Of a stretch of DNA of 64,000 nt, positions 37,116-49,714 are shown one piece after another (positions within the stretch are counted from its first letter, which is position 1; each line of letters starts with the position of its first letter). Origin of the DNA: Leucoraja erinacea (taxonomy: Eukaryota); contig NC_073379.1 of NCBI RefSeq assembly GCF_028641065.1, forward strand, positions 65,410,001 to 65,474,000. The letters are read 5' to 3'. Made by a program: the position numbers and the translations under genes. Below the pieces are notes generated by a model. The model saw nothing but the letters and a program-made list of their open reading frames with translations. It made no database searches and was not told the DNA's origin.

Positions 37116-37879
37116 CAAATTAATTATAACATCACTTGAAATTCACCTGAATGTTCCAAAAAAAGGACCCTCCTCATAGGTCAGGAAAACTACATTTTAA
37201 AACTACATTTAAAAACTACATTTAAAGTTATTGTTGAGAAAAATATAGGTTTTATTCTAATATTGTGAATGAAGTGAATTCTCGTCTGACAAGAGTGAAG
37301 ACAATGTAACTGGCCTCAATACCATTAGAAATAACACGGGCATATAATAATATCATACATGTAATTGCCAAAGGAGATAATTAGAATTAAGCATGAATGG
37401 CTTCAGTACTTATATCAGCAAATGGAAAGAATTAAAAACTAGCATTCCAGACAAGTTCTATAATTAATCGCAGGTGATCAATTTTGCATGCTATGTCATT
37501 TACATTTTTTTTATTGACTTCAGACACAAGATTACTGGAGGTGGAAAGACTGATCACAGCCATTTACAAATACTGCACAAAAGTGCAGACTAGAGAACTT
37601 GCACTTGTTGAGTTGAATAATTATTGTCATAATGAAATATGAGTAAATGAAATATCCCAGCAATGGCAATTTGGATGGAATCAAATTGCATCCTGGTAGC
37701 AAACTGAACTGCAGCCAACCCCAGTGTAAGCAAAGGTTGCACAAGAATGTGCTTTGCTGACTTGAATCGGACAAACATCCAACATAGAAAAATACAACAC
37801 ATGAAAAGTCTCTTCGACCCACAACGTCTGTGCCGAATATTATACCTACTTAAACTAACCATCTGCCTACAAATGTTAG

Positions 37880-38187
37880 CTTTTTTAGTTTTAGAGGTAC
37901 TGAGCAGAAACAGGCCCTTCGGCCCACTGAGTCCACTCCAACCAGTGATCCCCACACACTATCACTATCCTATACACACTAGGGACACTTATACCAAGCC
38001 AATTAACCTACAAACCTGTACGTCTTTGGAGGAAAACGAAGATCTCGGAAAAAAACCCACGCGGTCACAGGGAGAACGAACGTACAAACTACATACAGAT
38101 ATCACCCATAGTCGGGACCGAACCCGGGTCTCTGGCACCCTAAGCGCTGTAAGGCAGCAACTCTACTGCTGCACCACAGTGCTGCCC
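37880..38187 (-). mobile_element. tRNA-derived SINE
   Basis: Reverse complement of the SINE at 6928: A box TGGTGCAGCAG, B box GGTTCGGTCC, tail gggccgaagggcctgtttc. Confidence 0.88.
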
Positions 38188-39106
38188 TAATGCTCCATAT
38201 CCTTCCATTCCCTACATATTATGCGTATATCAAAAAGCCTTTGAAACCCCATTATCATATCTGTTTCTACCCCTATTTGTAAAAGAAAACCCTTCCATGC
38301 ACATCTCCTTTAAACTTTCTCCCTCTAACCTTATAGCAATGTCCTCAAGTATTTGACATTTACCCAAGAAATAGGTTCTGACCGAAGGAAAACAATAACC
38401 ACAAATAATCTAATATTCTAATTTAATTATTAAAATAAAAATTAATGACTAATGTTTCTGCATAGTCACAATGATGTTGCACTGTATTGCATCAAACTTC
38501 CTCATGAAGGGAGGCTATATACAAATTCACAGTAAGATCACACCTCTACAAACACTATCTTAAACCACATCTTAAACCTCTCCATCTTACTTCATTCTGC
38601 AGCACTTCCAAATTGACATCTTGAAATATGCCAGCAATAATTTCACCTAACTCTACCTCTAGGTTCATTCATTTTTCTTTCCTCTACCCCTAAAGAACCT
38701 TGCAGCATTTCTAGTAGGTTAAAGTTTAAATGCAAGTTGTTCTAAAGCTCTTCCATTTCTGTAATATTTTGAAGCATGAAATATGATTATCATGGGCATC
38801 ATACTCCATCGCTAAGAACAATGAGCCTTTCATTCCTAAGGTAATTGCTAATGGCAAAGATTAAAAATGTGAAAGTTGCGATGTAATGTGAAAAGTTCAT
38901 CTTAAGTTCTTTGGTTAATTGTTTGCATAAAAGCATAATTTAAACAGTTACACAATATTTAATTTGTGGGTTCAGAATTTGAATGATTAATTTTGAGCAG
39001 ATATATATTTAAATCTATATACCGTAAATTTTTCAGTCATTGTCTTGAAAATATGATTGGCAAATTCTCAATAAAATCAAAAGTTCCTTGTTATCCCATT
39101 GCTGCA

Positions 39107-40626
39107 TCTATATTACTAAAAGTCTGATCTTGGCACTGTATATTGATTTTATAAAAAACGCTGCCACTTACAGCTGTGAATTTTGGCCATCTTACTCAGA
39201 GTCCCCCTCTGCTGGTCAGGACAAGAGGATTTTCCCCATTGATTAAAAATAAAATACTTTTTAATGTTTTAAAAATGTTGAGATTCGCTCTCCTGAAGGC
39301 CACACCCCTTCCGGAGGGACTATAAAACCTGGAAGTGTGGAGGTGCCTCAGTTCTCTGCAGGATAGGGGAGCGAGAGGTCGCAATTCTCAGTCTGAGGTG
39401 TGAATAACACTGAACACATGTCTACTAAATTGTGAGTGGTTTTACTGACCTGTCAGTGCCCTTAATGTGGTTTGAAAATGTAGTGTGAAAATGCAAAAGT
39501 GTTTATTGGCTTGAGAATACAAAAGTTGCCTTGCCTAATTGAAAAGTTGGTTTGAGAATGCGAAAGTTGTCTTGCCTAATTAAAAAGTTGGTTTGAGAAT
39601 GCTAAAGTTGCCTTGCCTAATTGAAAAGTTGATTTGAAAATGCCTTGCCTAATTGAAAAGTTGATTTGAGAATGCCTTGCATTATTGAAAAGTTGATTTG
39701 AGAATGCCTTGCCTTATTGAAAAGTTGATTTGAGAATGCCTTTCCTAATTGAAAAGTTGATTTGAGAATGCCTTGCCTAATTGAAAATATGGTTTGAGAA
39801 TGCCTTGCCTAATTGAAAAGTTGGTTTGAGAATGCTAAAGTTGCCTTGCCTAATTGAAAAGTTGGTTTGAGAATGCTAAAGTTGCCTTGCCGTCTATACA
39901 ATTAAGTCTAATCTTGATCACGTCTTGTTTGCACTGTATATTGGTTTTAGGAAAAACACTACGGCATATGGCTGTGATGTTTGGCCATCTTACTCAGAAT
40001 CCCCCTCCGTTCATCGTGTGCCGAGGAGTTTTCCCATTGATGAAATATAAAAGAGTTATTAATGTTTAAAAAATGTTGAGATTCTCTTTCCTATCAATCA
40101 CGCAATTAAGGCCACGCCCCTTCTTGTGGGAGGGACTATAAAACCTGGAAGTGTGGGCGTGGCTCAGTCTCTGCCAGAAGGGGGAGGGAGAGGTCATGAC
40201 TCTTTCTTTAGTGGACTTGCACCCTGCTTGAAATGGTGTGAAACGGCATTTGAATTTAGTGGCCTTGCACCCTGCTTGAAGTGGTATGAAACTGCACTTG
40301 AATTTGGTGGCCTTGCACCCTGCTTGAAGTGGCATTTCAATGAATAGCCGTAAGTCAACTGCCAGCCCACCAGCCTTCAGTGAGTGAGCTGTCAGCACAC
40401 CAGGCTTGAGTGACTGAGCCGCCAGCCCAATAATCCAATCGGCCCACAATGTCCATACTAGCCCTCTGGAAACCAGTCCCTTCAGTCCATAACACTCATA
40501 CTAGTGCTCCAGAAAGCCCCTCCCCCACTGGCCACCAATATTTGAATTGGTGGAAAGGTGGAATATTGCGTTGGGAGACCACCCCTCCCATGTGAAGCTG
40601 GGACCCAAAGGGTCCACTTAGTCTAG
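39107..40626 (+). mobile_element. Complete non-autonomous Helitron
   Basis: Starts A|TCTATATTACTAAAAGTC. Ends with hairpin GGACCC-aaa-GGGTCC then acttagtCTAG|T, inserted between A and T with no TSD. Duplicated 5' module at ~39893; 32/41-bp and 48-bp minisatellites. Confidence 0.9.
39505..39892 (+). repeat. Minisatellite with 32-bp and 41-bp units
   Basis: gccttgcctaattgaaaagttg(a/g)tttgagaat(gctaaagtt) repeated about 10 times. Confidence 0.9.
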
Positions 40627-42660
40627 TTTAATTATAAACGTCAAAGATTCTATCAGAATTTAATTTTCTTTACTGCCACGAGCAGTTATGAATTTTGGCT
40701 GTATGCTTTACTTTTGAACACCTATTCACTATTCCTCTCAAATAAATTGGAAAGCAAAAATACATTTTGTTCAGATTTTGTCAAGGAAATTACTGGAATT
40801 TTCTATTTAAAACATAATTGCCATTTCAGCTTTAATCTAGTCTCAAAATGTCCTTATAGCTCACCAACCTCTCTGCTACATAGAACAAAGAGAACATAAG
40901 CTCAATTTACCGCCAGGGGTCAATTAGATGATCTCATTCGGAGTTGGATTTTGGTTGGTGGGACAAATTTGGAAGATTTTCCATCGTGAACAACAGCCCT
41001 TTTTGGAAGAACATGGGTTGGTTTACAACAAGCTTGGCGTAAGTTGCCACATATACTATTTTTGATTGTTTGCCAATACTTTTTGTACAGTCTCACACAT
41101 GAAAGATTATAGTCCTTGAGGCAAACAAAGGTGGCATTTTGTGATTTAGTGTGCATAAGTTAGGCCTCTGTAGCCACTCCAGGTGAAATATTCCAAGAGC
41201 TATGTCATTGTAAATGTAAAATTTGTGCAGTCTGTAGAGAAAAAAGTGCTTTCCATGCCCAGAGCACCTGTGAAGGGAATCCCTGAGTGTAAACAGCTCC
41301 CAATCCTGCTGCTCGAATCAAAAACTGGACAATGATTTTGGAATAATAAGAGAATCAAGGGTTATGGGGTTTGTACTAAAAAATGGTAACAAAGTAAAAG
41401 ATTAACTATGCTCTTTCCGAACAGCAGTGTAGGCACAGATCCATGTCTCAATGACAAAATTCTCCCTCTCAGATTAGTAGTAATCTGGACACCAATTCTG
41501 TCCTACAACCAAGCCACTGGGATGGTCGCTTAACTTTAAACCTTTGTTGATTCAGCTATGTTTTAACTAAATAATCATTGGCTTAATAGTAATGATTATA
41601 TTTCATAGGTGTATAAGATTATTTTAAAATTAGGTTCAGATCTTCTGGTGGTGCTGAATGGGGCCAGTTTTGGCACTCAATGTTTAGAACTAGCTTAACA
41701 TAGCTCTCTCCACCCCATTTCAATTATATGGTTTAACTAATCTCAGCAAGCACCATGCCAACATAAATTGTTTAATTTTACATACCAATTACTATTTTGG
41801 CCATTCTGAGTATGATTGCCGTGGGCCAAATTGTTGATAATTCTTGGACATAGGACCTCAGAACAGTATTAAAACTGCCTTATCTCACTGCAGTTAGAGC
41901 CTTAAATCGGAAGAAAGAGGAAATGTTTATTCTACTGTCGTAGTTGGATTTCACCCCAAGTTAATTAATATAAAAAAGTAATTGCCCTGCCTAGTTTCTG
42001 ATAATGATCTTTATTTTAAACCAATAATTTAGCCTTTCTTAAAAGTCGATCATACATGCAATTTATCTAGCCATGCTAGATATATTATTTTCACTTTTAC
42101 TTTAGCAAATATATTTCTAACCTGTAATAAAATAAGCAAGTTTTCTTTTGATCTGTGAAGGTAAAAATATCTACATATTCATGAACTAATGGTGTTCTCC
42201 TTACTGCTCCCCAGCTTGTGATCTTCCAACTTATTACATTTAATGTGCATTAAATTACCAGGTAGTTGGGCTAGAAAAGGCAGGCAAACACTTGGGTGCA
42301 AGCCTTCCTCTGTTGGCAGCTTATAGCAGACTTTCTTATACATTGCAAGTTAAGTACTGCAGCAGTTCATGTTACTGCCTCGCACATTTATAACAACATT
42401 TAAGAGACATTTGGACAGGCACATGGATAGGATAGTGCACCCAACAGGGGCATGTGCAACTACTGTACATGGAGCACCTTGGTCGGCATGGACAAGCTGG
42501 GACAAAGGGTATTTTTCAATGCTGTATGACTCTTTGACCTCCAAAGATCTGGGTTAAATCCCAGGGCTGCTAACTCTCACCCTTTGAGCGTGAGAGTCAC
42601 GCATTTGAGCAAATTCTCACGCCCTCACGCTGATAACAGAATTCTTATGCTGTCTTCGGT

Positions 42661-42797
42661 NNNNNNNNNNNNNNNNNNNNNNNNNNNNNNNNNNNNNNNN
42701 NNNNNNNNNNNNNNNNNNNNNNNNNNNNNNNNNNNNNNNNNNNNNNNNNNNNNNNNNNNNNNNNNNNNNNNNNNNNNNNNNNNNNNNNNNNNNNNNN
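42661..42797. other. Assembly gap (run of N)
   Basis: 137 N bases. Confidence 1.
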
Positions 42798-42988
42798 GTC
42801 ACATCCTGGCCTTAGAGAGGGCTGCCAACTTTCACGCTTTGAGCGTGAGAGTCACGCATTACAGCCAATTCTCACGCTGATGACAGAATTCTCACGCTGT
42901 CTTCAGTCCCTGCAGTTTGTCTCTTTGCGCCACATCAGAGCGATTTGTATGGTCTGGGGAAGCGCATCAGATGGCGGCTGTGAGTGAC

Positions 42989-43352
42989 ATAGAAACATAG
43001 AAAATAGGTGCAGGAGTAGGCTATTCGGCCCTTCGAGCCTGCACCGCCATTCAATATGATCATGGCTGATCATCCAACTCGGTATCCCATACCTGCCTTC
43101 TCTCCATACCCCCTGATCCCCTTAGCCACAAGGGCCACATCCAACTCCCTCTTAAATATAGCCAATGAACTGGCCTCAACTACCTTCTGTGGCAGAGAAT
43201 TCCACAGATTCTCCACTCTCTGTGTGAAAAATGTTCTTCTCATCTCTGTCCTAAAAGACTTCCCCCTTAGCCTTAAACTGTGATCCCTTGTTCTGGACTT
43301 CCCCAACATCGGGAACAATCTTCCTGCATCTAGCCTGTCCAACCCCTTAAGA
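42989..43352 (-). mobile_element. CR1-type LINE 3' end
   Basis: ORF 43070..43342 (DRLDAGRLFPMLGKSRTRDHSLRLRGKSFRTEMRRTFFTQRVENLWNSLPQ) is near-identical to 30531..30794. Confidence 0.92.
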
Positions 43353-44093
43353 CATAGCGTCTCTCCTCTTCTTTCTTGGTTGGATGTGCAGCCGCTGACA
43401 ACATGAAGCAGCCGGAGACAGAACTAACCAGGTGAATCGGTTGTAAAACATGGGGGGGGACCACAATGAGGCCAAACATCTAGGACCAAGTTTGGCAACC
43501 TATGGCACACGGGCCGAATCTGGCCTGTAACCAGAAAAAAGGTGGGGGTTTTTTTTCAATTCATTTTCGCGAGATCGGGGCAGGCGAGCCGACCTGAGAA
43601 CTGCAGCCAGTCCCTGGGACGCGAGCTGATCCGGGAACGGCAGCCAGCAACGGGGTACGCAGAATGCCAACTTGATCATTATGGACAAATTGGGCCAGCC
43701 GTGTACGTTGTGTAATTCTGACTATGCAGATCTGAATGGGCTTAGAATGACCATTTAAGCAAAATTGCCCCCACTTTCCCGATTTTGATTCTTGAGATTA
43801 ATTTCCCTTTGCTCTGTGAACAGCGTTAAAGTACTTGTGAGGTAGAGTCAGGAAAGGGAACATGTTATTTTTTTTTTAGTTTGCTTTAATTTGTTAGTTG
43901 ATGTTTGTTGACTGCCATAATTTCTGAAATGGTCTTAAAATAACTTAACTGTTATAAAGCAGTAATAAGTGATTTTTGTCCAAACAATTGGAACTTGCAT
44001 AAAATGTTTGCATTATTAGCAGGGCTTCCAACTCTCACGCATTGAGCGTTAGCCTCACGCATTTCACAAAATTCTCACGCTCCCATGCTGACC

Positions 44094-44595
44094 GCATGCC
44101 GCATGCTGACTTCTACCGCTGCACCATCGAGGGCATCCTTACCAACTGCATCACAGTATGGTATGGCAACTGCTCTGTCTCCGACCGGAAGGCATTGCAG
44201 AGGGTGGTGAAAATTGCCCAACGCATCACCGTTTCCACGCTCCCCTCCATTGAGTCTGTCCAAAGCAAGCGCTGTCTGTGGAGGGCGCTCAGCATCGCCA
44301 AGGACTGCTCTCACCCCAACCATGGACTGTTTACCCTCCTACCATCCGGGAGGCGCTACAGGTCTCTCCGTTGCCGAACCAGCAGGTCGAGGAACAGCTT
44401 CTTTCCGGCGGCTGTCACTCTACTCAACAACGTACCTCGGTGACTGCCAATCACCACCCCCCCCCCCGGACACTTATTATTATTTATTCAAATCGTTTGC
44501 TATGTCGCTCTTCCAGGGAGATGCTAAATGCATTCCGTTGTCTCTGTACTGTACACTGACAATGACAATTAAAATTGAATCTGAATCTGAATCTG
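44094..44595 (+). mobile_element. L2/Rex-Babar-clade LINE 3' end
   Basis: Encodes DFYRCTIEGILTNCITVWYGNCS...LFTLLPSGRRYRSLRCRTSRSRNSFFPAAVTLLN (DUF1891-like ORF2 end); tail tgacaattaaaattg(aatctg)n. Confidence 0.88.
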
Positions 44596-44740
44596 ACCAC
44601 AAATTTCTCATGCTCAAAAATCTGCAGGTGCTGGAAGTTCAAAATAAAGCTAAAATTGTTTGAGGTGAGTAAAAACCACCGGGCATCGGCAAGTCTCCGC
44701 TCACTCTGGATGTTGTCACCGGTTCACTGACACTGACACT

Positions 44741-44742
<2 letters not shown>

Positions 44743-44786
<44 letters not shown>
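44743..44786. repeat. (CA)n microsatellite
   Basis: Directly visible. Confidence 0.95.
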
Positions 44787-44789
<3 letters not shown>

Positions 44790-45114
44790 GCACACACAAG
44801 GTTTACTGGGATATAGGCCATATGCGGATAAATGGGACTAGTTTAGATGGGGCATCTTGATCTGCATGAACAAATTCGGCTCAAGGGCCTGTTTCCATGC
44901 TGTAAGACTATGACACATTGTAAAAAGGGTGCAATTGCTCTGGAGAGGATCCAGGGGCAATTTAGGAAGACGTTGGCAGGGCAGGATTTTTTTTTTTCAT
45001 TTTGAAGAAAGATTTGATAACTGGGATTGTATTCTCTGCAGCAATGGAGGTGAAGGAAAAACTTAGTTGAGGTGAATAATATTATGAGAATAGGACCTGT
45101 TTTGATTAATAAAT

Positions 45115-45245
45115 AGTGTAGGAAGGAATTGCAGATGCTGGTTTAAACTTAAGATAGACACTAAAAACTAGAAAAACTCAGCAGGACAGGCAGCATCTCT
45201 GGAGAGAAAGAATGGGTGATGTTTCGGGTCGAGGCCTTCAGACTG
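45115..45245 (-). mobile_element. Penelope terminal-repeat fragment
   Basis: Minus strand reads tcagtctgaaggcctcgacccgaaacatcacccattctttctctccagagatgctgcc. Confidence 0.75.
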
Positions 45246-45381
45246 AAGAGGTTGAAAACCAGCCATAAAACACAATGACTGGAGATGTGTGTTATCCAAC
45301 TAAGGGCAGTAATCAGAATCATGTGATCATCTTTATTGACATGACACCATAAGAAATATATTATAGAAAAATTAATTTAAT

Positions 45382-45590
45382 GGGGTGGCACGGTGGCGCA
45401 GCAGTCGAGTTGCTGCCTTACTACCACATGGGTTTTCTCTGGATATTCTGGTTTCTCCCACACCCGAAAGAAGTGCCGGTTTGTAGGTTAATTGGCTTCT
45501 GTAAATTGTCCCTGGAGTGATGGATGGAACTGGTATATGATAGATTGCTGGTCGGTGTGGACTTGGTGGGCTGAAGAGCCTGTTTCCATA
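45382..45590 (+). mobile_element. tRNA-derived SINE, internally deleted
   Basis: A box TGGCGCAGCAG, core ggtttctcccacacccgaaaga, tail gggctgaagagcctgtttcc. Confidence 0.75.
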
Positions 45591-46093
45591 TATATTTTTT
45601 ACAAATATATCTTAATTTTATTGAACCATATATGATTGAATATGTGGCATCATTTTCGTCTTGTTTCTATATTGAAAGGGTAAGGTTGATTGATTTATTT
45701 GTGCAGAACAGTGATGGAAGTCCGACTCTTGCTTTGTTTCTCTGTGTTTTTCTCCCTATATATGCACAACAGCATGAATATAATCTGATTCCCATACATG
45801 AATATAGTCATTCATGTGCTGCACCTATTGATCACAGCCTGGCTCTATTGTGGAATATAATTAGGAATGTAATTTAGCCTAACCTTATTCATACCTAATC
45901 CAATTTAAAGCATAAATGTTGCATTCAAGTGTAAGTTAAAAGACTCGCTACAATATGCGCCAGATTGCGCAATTTCAAGCTGAAAAATGCGAAAGTTGCG
46001 CTGCCTCCCAATTTCTCACTCTCAACTCTCACCCAATGTTGGCAGTCCTGAATCCTGACATGCTCCATGTAACCTTGTTGATTGGCTAATGTA

Positions 46094-47178
46094 CAGTACC
46101 CTCCATAATGTTTGGAACAAAGACCCATCATTTCTTTATTTGCCTCGATATTCCACAATTTGAGATTTGTAATAGAAAAAAATTACATGTGGTCAAAGTG
46201 CACAATGTCAGATTTTATTAAAGGCCATTTTTATACATTTTGGTTTCACCAAGTGGGAATTACTCAGGTGTGTTTAATTGCCTCCTTAATGCAGGTATAA
46301 GAGAGCTCTCAGCTCCAAGTCTTTCCTCCATCACCTTTGGAAACTTTTATTGCTGTTTATCAACGAGGACCAAAGTTGTGCCAATGAAAGTCAAAGCGGC
46401 CATTATGAGACTGAGAAACAAGAATAAAACTGTTGGAGACATCAGCCAAACCTTAGGCTTACCAAAATCAACTGTGTGGAACATCATTAAGAAGAAAGAG
46501 AGCACTGGTGAGCTTACTAATCGCAAAGGGACTGGCAGGTCAAGGAAGACCTCCACAGCTGATGATAGAGGAGTTCTCTCAATAATAAAGAAAAATCCCC
46601 AAACACCTGTCCGACAGATGATAAACACTCTTCAGGAGTCAGGTGTGACAATAGACAATAGTTGCAGGAGTAGGCCATTCGGCCCTCCAAGCCAGCACCA
46701 CCATTCAATGTGATTATGGCTGATCATCCCTGTGTGGAATTGTCAATGACCATTGTCCGCAGAAGACTTAATGAACAGTAAAACAGCGGCTCCACTGCAA
46801 GATGTAAACCACTGGTTAGCCGCAAAAATAGGATGACCAAGTTACAGTTTGCCAAGAAGTACTTAAAAGAGCAACTACAGTTCTGGAAAAAGGTCCTGTG
46901 GATGAAGATTAACATATCGGAGTGATGGCAAGAGCAAAGTATGGAGGAAAGATGGAACTGCCCAAGATCCAAAGCATACCGCCCCATGGAACTATGTATA
47001 AACACTGCTGTAATTTCTACATGGTTAAACCAAAATGTATAAAAATGGCCTTTATTAAAATTTGACAATGTGCACTTTAACCACATGTGACTTTTCTTAT
47101 TACAAATGTTAAATTGTGGAGTGCAGAGGCAGATAAATAAATGATGGGTCTTTGTCCCAAACATTATTGAGGGCACTG
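46094..47178 (+). mobile_element. Internally deleted Tc1 DNA transposon with long TIRs
   Basis: TA|CAGTACCCTCCATAATGTTTGG...CCAAACATTATTGAGGGCACTG|TA, with inverted arms of roughly 170-190 bp. Transposase N-terminal HTH remnant ISQTLGLPKSTVWNIIKK..GTGRSRKTS and RCKPLVSRKNR..LQFAKK. A CR1 tail is inserted at ~46648-46730. Confidence 0.92.
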
Positions 47179-48406
47179 TAGATGACTGTTCATTGTAGGT
47201 TTATGGTTAAAAGAACCAAAATTGAATCAAAAGTTACATGAGATAAAATAAATTTTCAAGCATACAGGGAAATGGGGGGAGGGGTATGGAATGAATGGGA
47301 CTGTTTCCCTGGGAGAAGGCATGGACACAATGGACCAAATGGCCACCTTCAATATTGTTCTAAATATAAAACATGGGGAATATTCATTTGCCAAGAGAAG
47401 CAAAATATAAAAGGGGGCAATGTTGTAATGAAAGTAGTCCCTCATAAATCAACACACCCTGTATTCTGTCTTGTGTCACACACATTCACCCTCCCAAAGA
47501 CACTTCAGTTTCTGAGACTTTCCTTTAAAATAATACAATTAGGTCTGTCTCCTTGGAATAAAACTGTAGTGAGGAGTGTATTCATTTTTTCTGTTTAAGA
47601 AACACTAAATGGAAAGTTGGCTTCAACAGCTTTATGATGGACCTTGCAGCTTGGATCCTCAGAGAGCTAAGGATCTGAGGAAGTCCAGGTGGCAGCCTGA
47701 ATAAACATTTTGACAGGATGGTGCTTGGACCGAGAACATTCAGTCAATCCTCTTTTCATCTGCTAACTATCAACCTCATAATAAGGGCTCAGGAGCAAAA
47801 TATAAACCGATTTCATTCCCAATGTCAATAATTCTACTGAATATCCCAGACTGTACAAAATAATTAACTTAAACAATTTGTGCAGAACTGTAACTGCTCA
47901 AAACCCATGGACTTTGCTCCATAGGTATGGATCAACACTAAATATTCAACAAAAAGTCAGCTGCACAATAACAAGACCATATACATCATTGATGATGGTG
48001 CTGCAAAAGTTATATTATCATATTATAAATCAGAGAGATGCACTAACAAACCCAATTTCAAACCCCAGATGGGGAATAGAAATTTGGTTAATATTCTGAA
48101 ATTTTGGGAGTGAAAAAACCTACCAAATCTTCTCAGTAACAATGAAGGCAAAACCGATCAGATTGTCATGAAAACCCATCTAGTTTACCAATGTATTTTT
48201 GGAGACAAAAGTAGCATCCTTATCTGGTCTATGTCAAGACTCACTCCATGTGGGTGACACTTAAATGTCCTCTGAAATGGTCTAGCAAGTAATTCCATTA
48301 TATCACTATACCTAAACAAAGGAGCAATAAAACTAAAGACTTTTGCTCATGATTGCGGAATGTTTAATTGCATTTACAATTCCACACCAAACAAACTGTC
48401 TATGCT

Positions 48407-49600
48407 TCATGTTTATGACTAATTTCCATCCTGCACTCAAATTCACTTTTGAGTGCAGGATCTCCAACATCTCCCTACCGTTTCTAGATCTTACCGTCTC
48501 CATCACAGAGACTATTGACCGACATCTATTACAAACTAACTGACTCCCATAGCTATCTACTCTACACTTCTTCCCACCCTGCTTCTTGTAAAGACTCTAT
48601 CCCCTACTCCCAATTCCTCCGTCTATGCCGCATCTGCACCTAAGATGAGGTTTTCCATACCAGGTCATTGGAGATATCCTCATTCTTTAGGAAATGGGTG
48701 ATCCCCTCTTCCATTATAGATGAGGCTCTCACTAGGGTCTCCTCGATATCCCATACCTCTGCTCTTGCTCCCCTTCCCCCCCATTCGCAATAAGGACAGA
48801 GTCCCTCTTGTCATCACCTTCCACCCCATCAGCCATCGCATACAGCATATAATCCTCCAACATTTTTGCCACCTCCAACCGGATCCCACTGCTGGCCACA
48901 TCTTCCCATCTCCACTCTTTTCTGCTTTCCACAGAGACCATTCCCTCCGCAACTCCCTGGTCAACTCATCCCTTCCCACCCAAACCATCCCCTCCCCGGG
49001 TACTTTCCCCTGCAACCGCACGAGATGCAACACCTGTCTCTTTACCTCCCCCCTCGACTACATCCAAGGGCCCCAACAGTCTTTCCAGGCGAGGCAGAGA
49101 TTCACTTGCAACTCCAACCTCATCTACTGTTCCAGGTGTCAATTCCTGTACATCGGCGAGATCAAGTGCAGGCTCGGCGATCGTTTCGCTGAACACCTCT
49201 GCTCGGTCCGCCTTAACCTTCCTGATCTCCCGGTTGCTCAACACTTTAACTCCCCTTCCATTCACAATCTGACCTTTCTGTCTGGGCTTCCTCCATTGTC
49301 AGAGTGGAGCCCAGCGCAAATTGGAGGAACAGCACGTCATATTTTGCTTGGGTAGCTTACACCCCAGCAGTATGAACATTGACCTCTAACTTCAAATAGC
49401 ACTTGCTTTCCCTCCCTCTTTATCCCCTCCCCTTCCCAGTTCTCCCACCAATCTTACTGTCTCCGCCTACATTCTATCTCTGTCCTGCCCGCTCCCCTGA
49501 CATCAGTCTGAAGAACGGCCTCAACCAGAAACTTCACCCACTCTTTCTCTCCAGAGATGCTGCCTGTCCCGCTGAGTTACTCCAGCATTTTGTGTCCACC
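48407..49600 (+). mobile_element. Penelope-like retroelement 3' part (RT end, linker, GIY-YIG endonuclease, terminal repeat)
   Basis: LPFLDL (RT), RNKDRVPLVITFHP, CNRTRCNTC, NLIYCSRCQFLYIGEIKCRLGDRFAEH (GIY-YIG variant); frameshifted. Confidence 0.92.
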
Positions 49601-49714
49601 AAGCTGTCTATGCCTGCTTGCAGCTACACCTAAACATCTAGATAGCATTAAGGCGTGGGCTCTTAAGTAAAAAATAACATTCATACTACTGATCACCTCC
49701 ACAAGAAGCCTCTA

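Larger units (their letters stand above)
42562..44700 (+). mobile_element. Repeated CAGGGCTGCCAACTCTCACGC-headed modules (putative hAT-like MITE family), spanning a gap and with nested LINEs
   Basis: The same ~70-bp module occurs at 42562, ~42818 and ~44020. Opposite terminus is not clearly identified. Confidence 0.45.
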
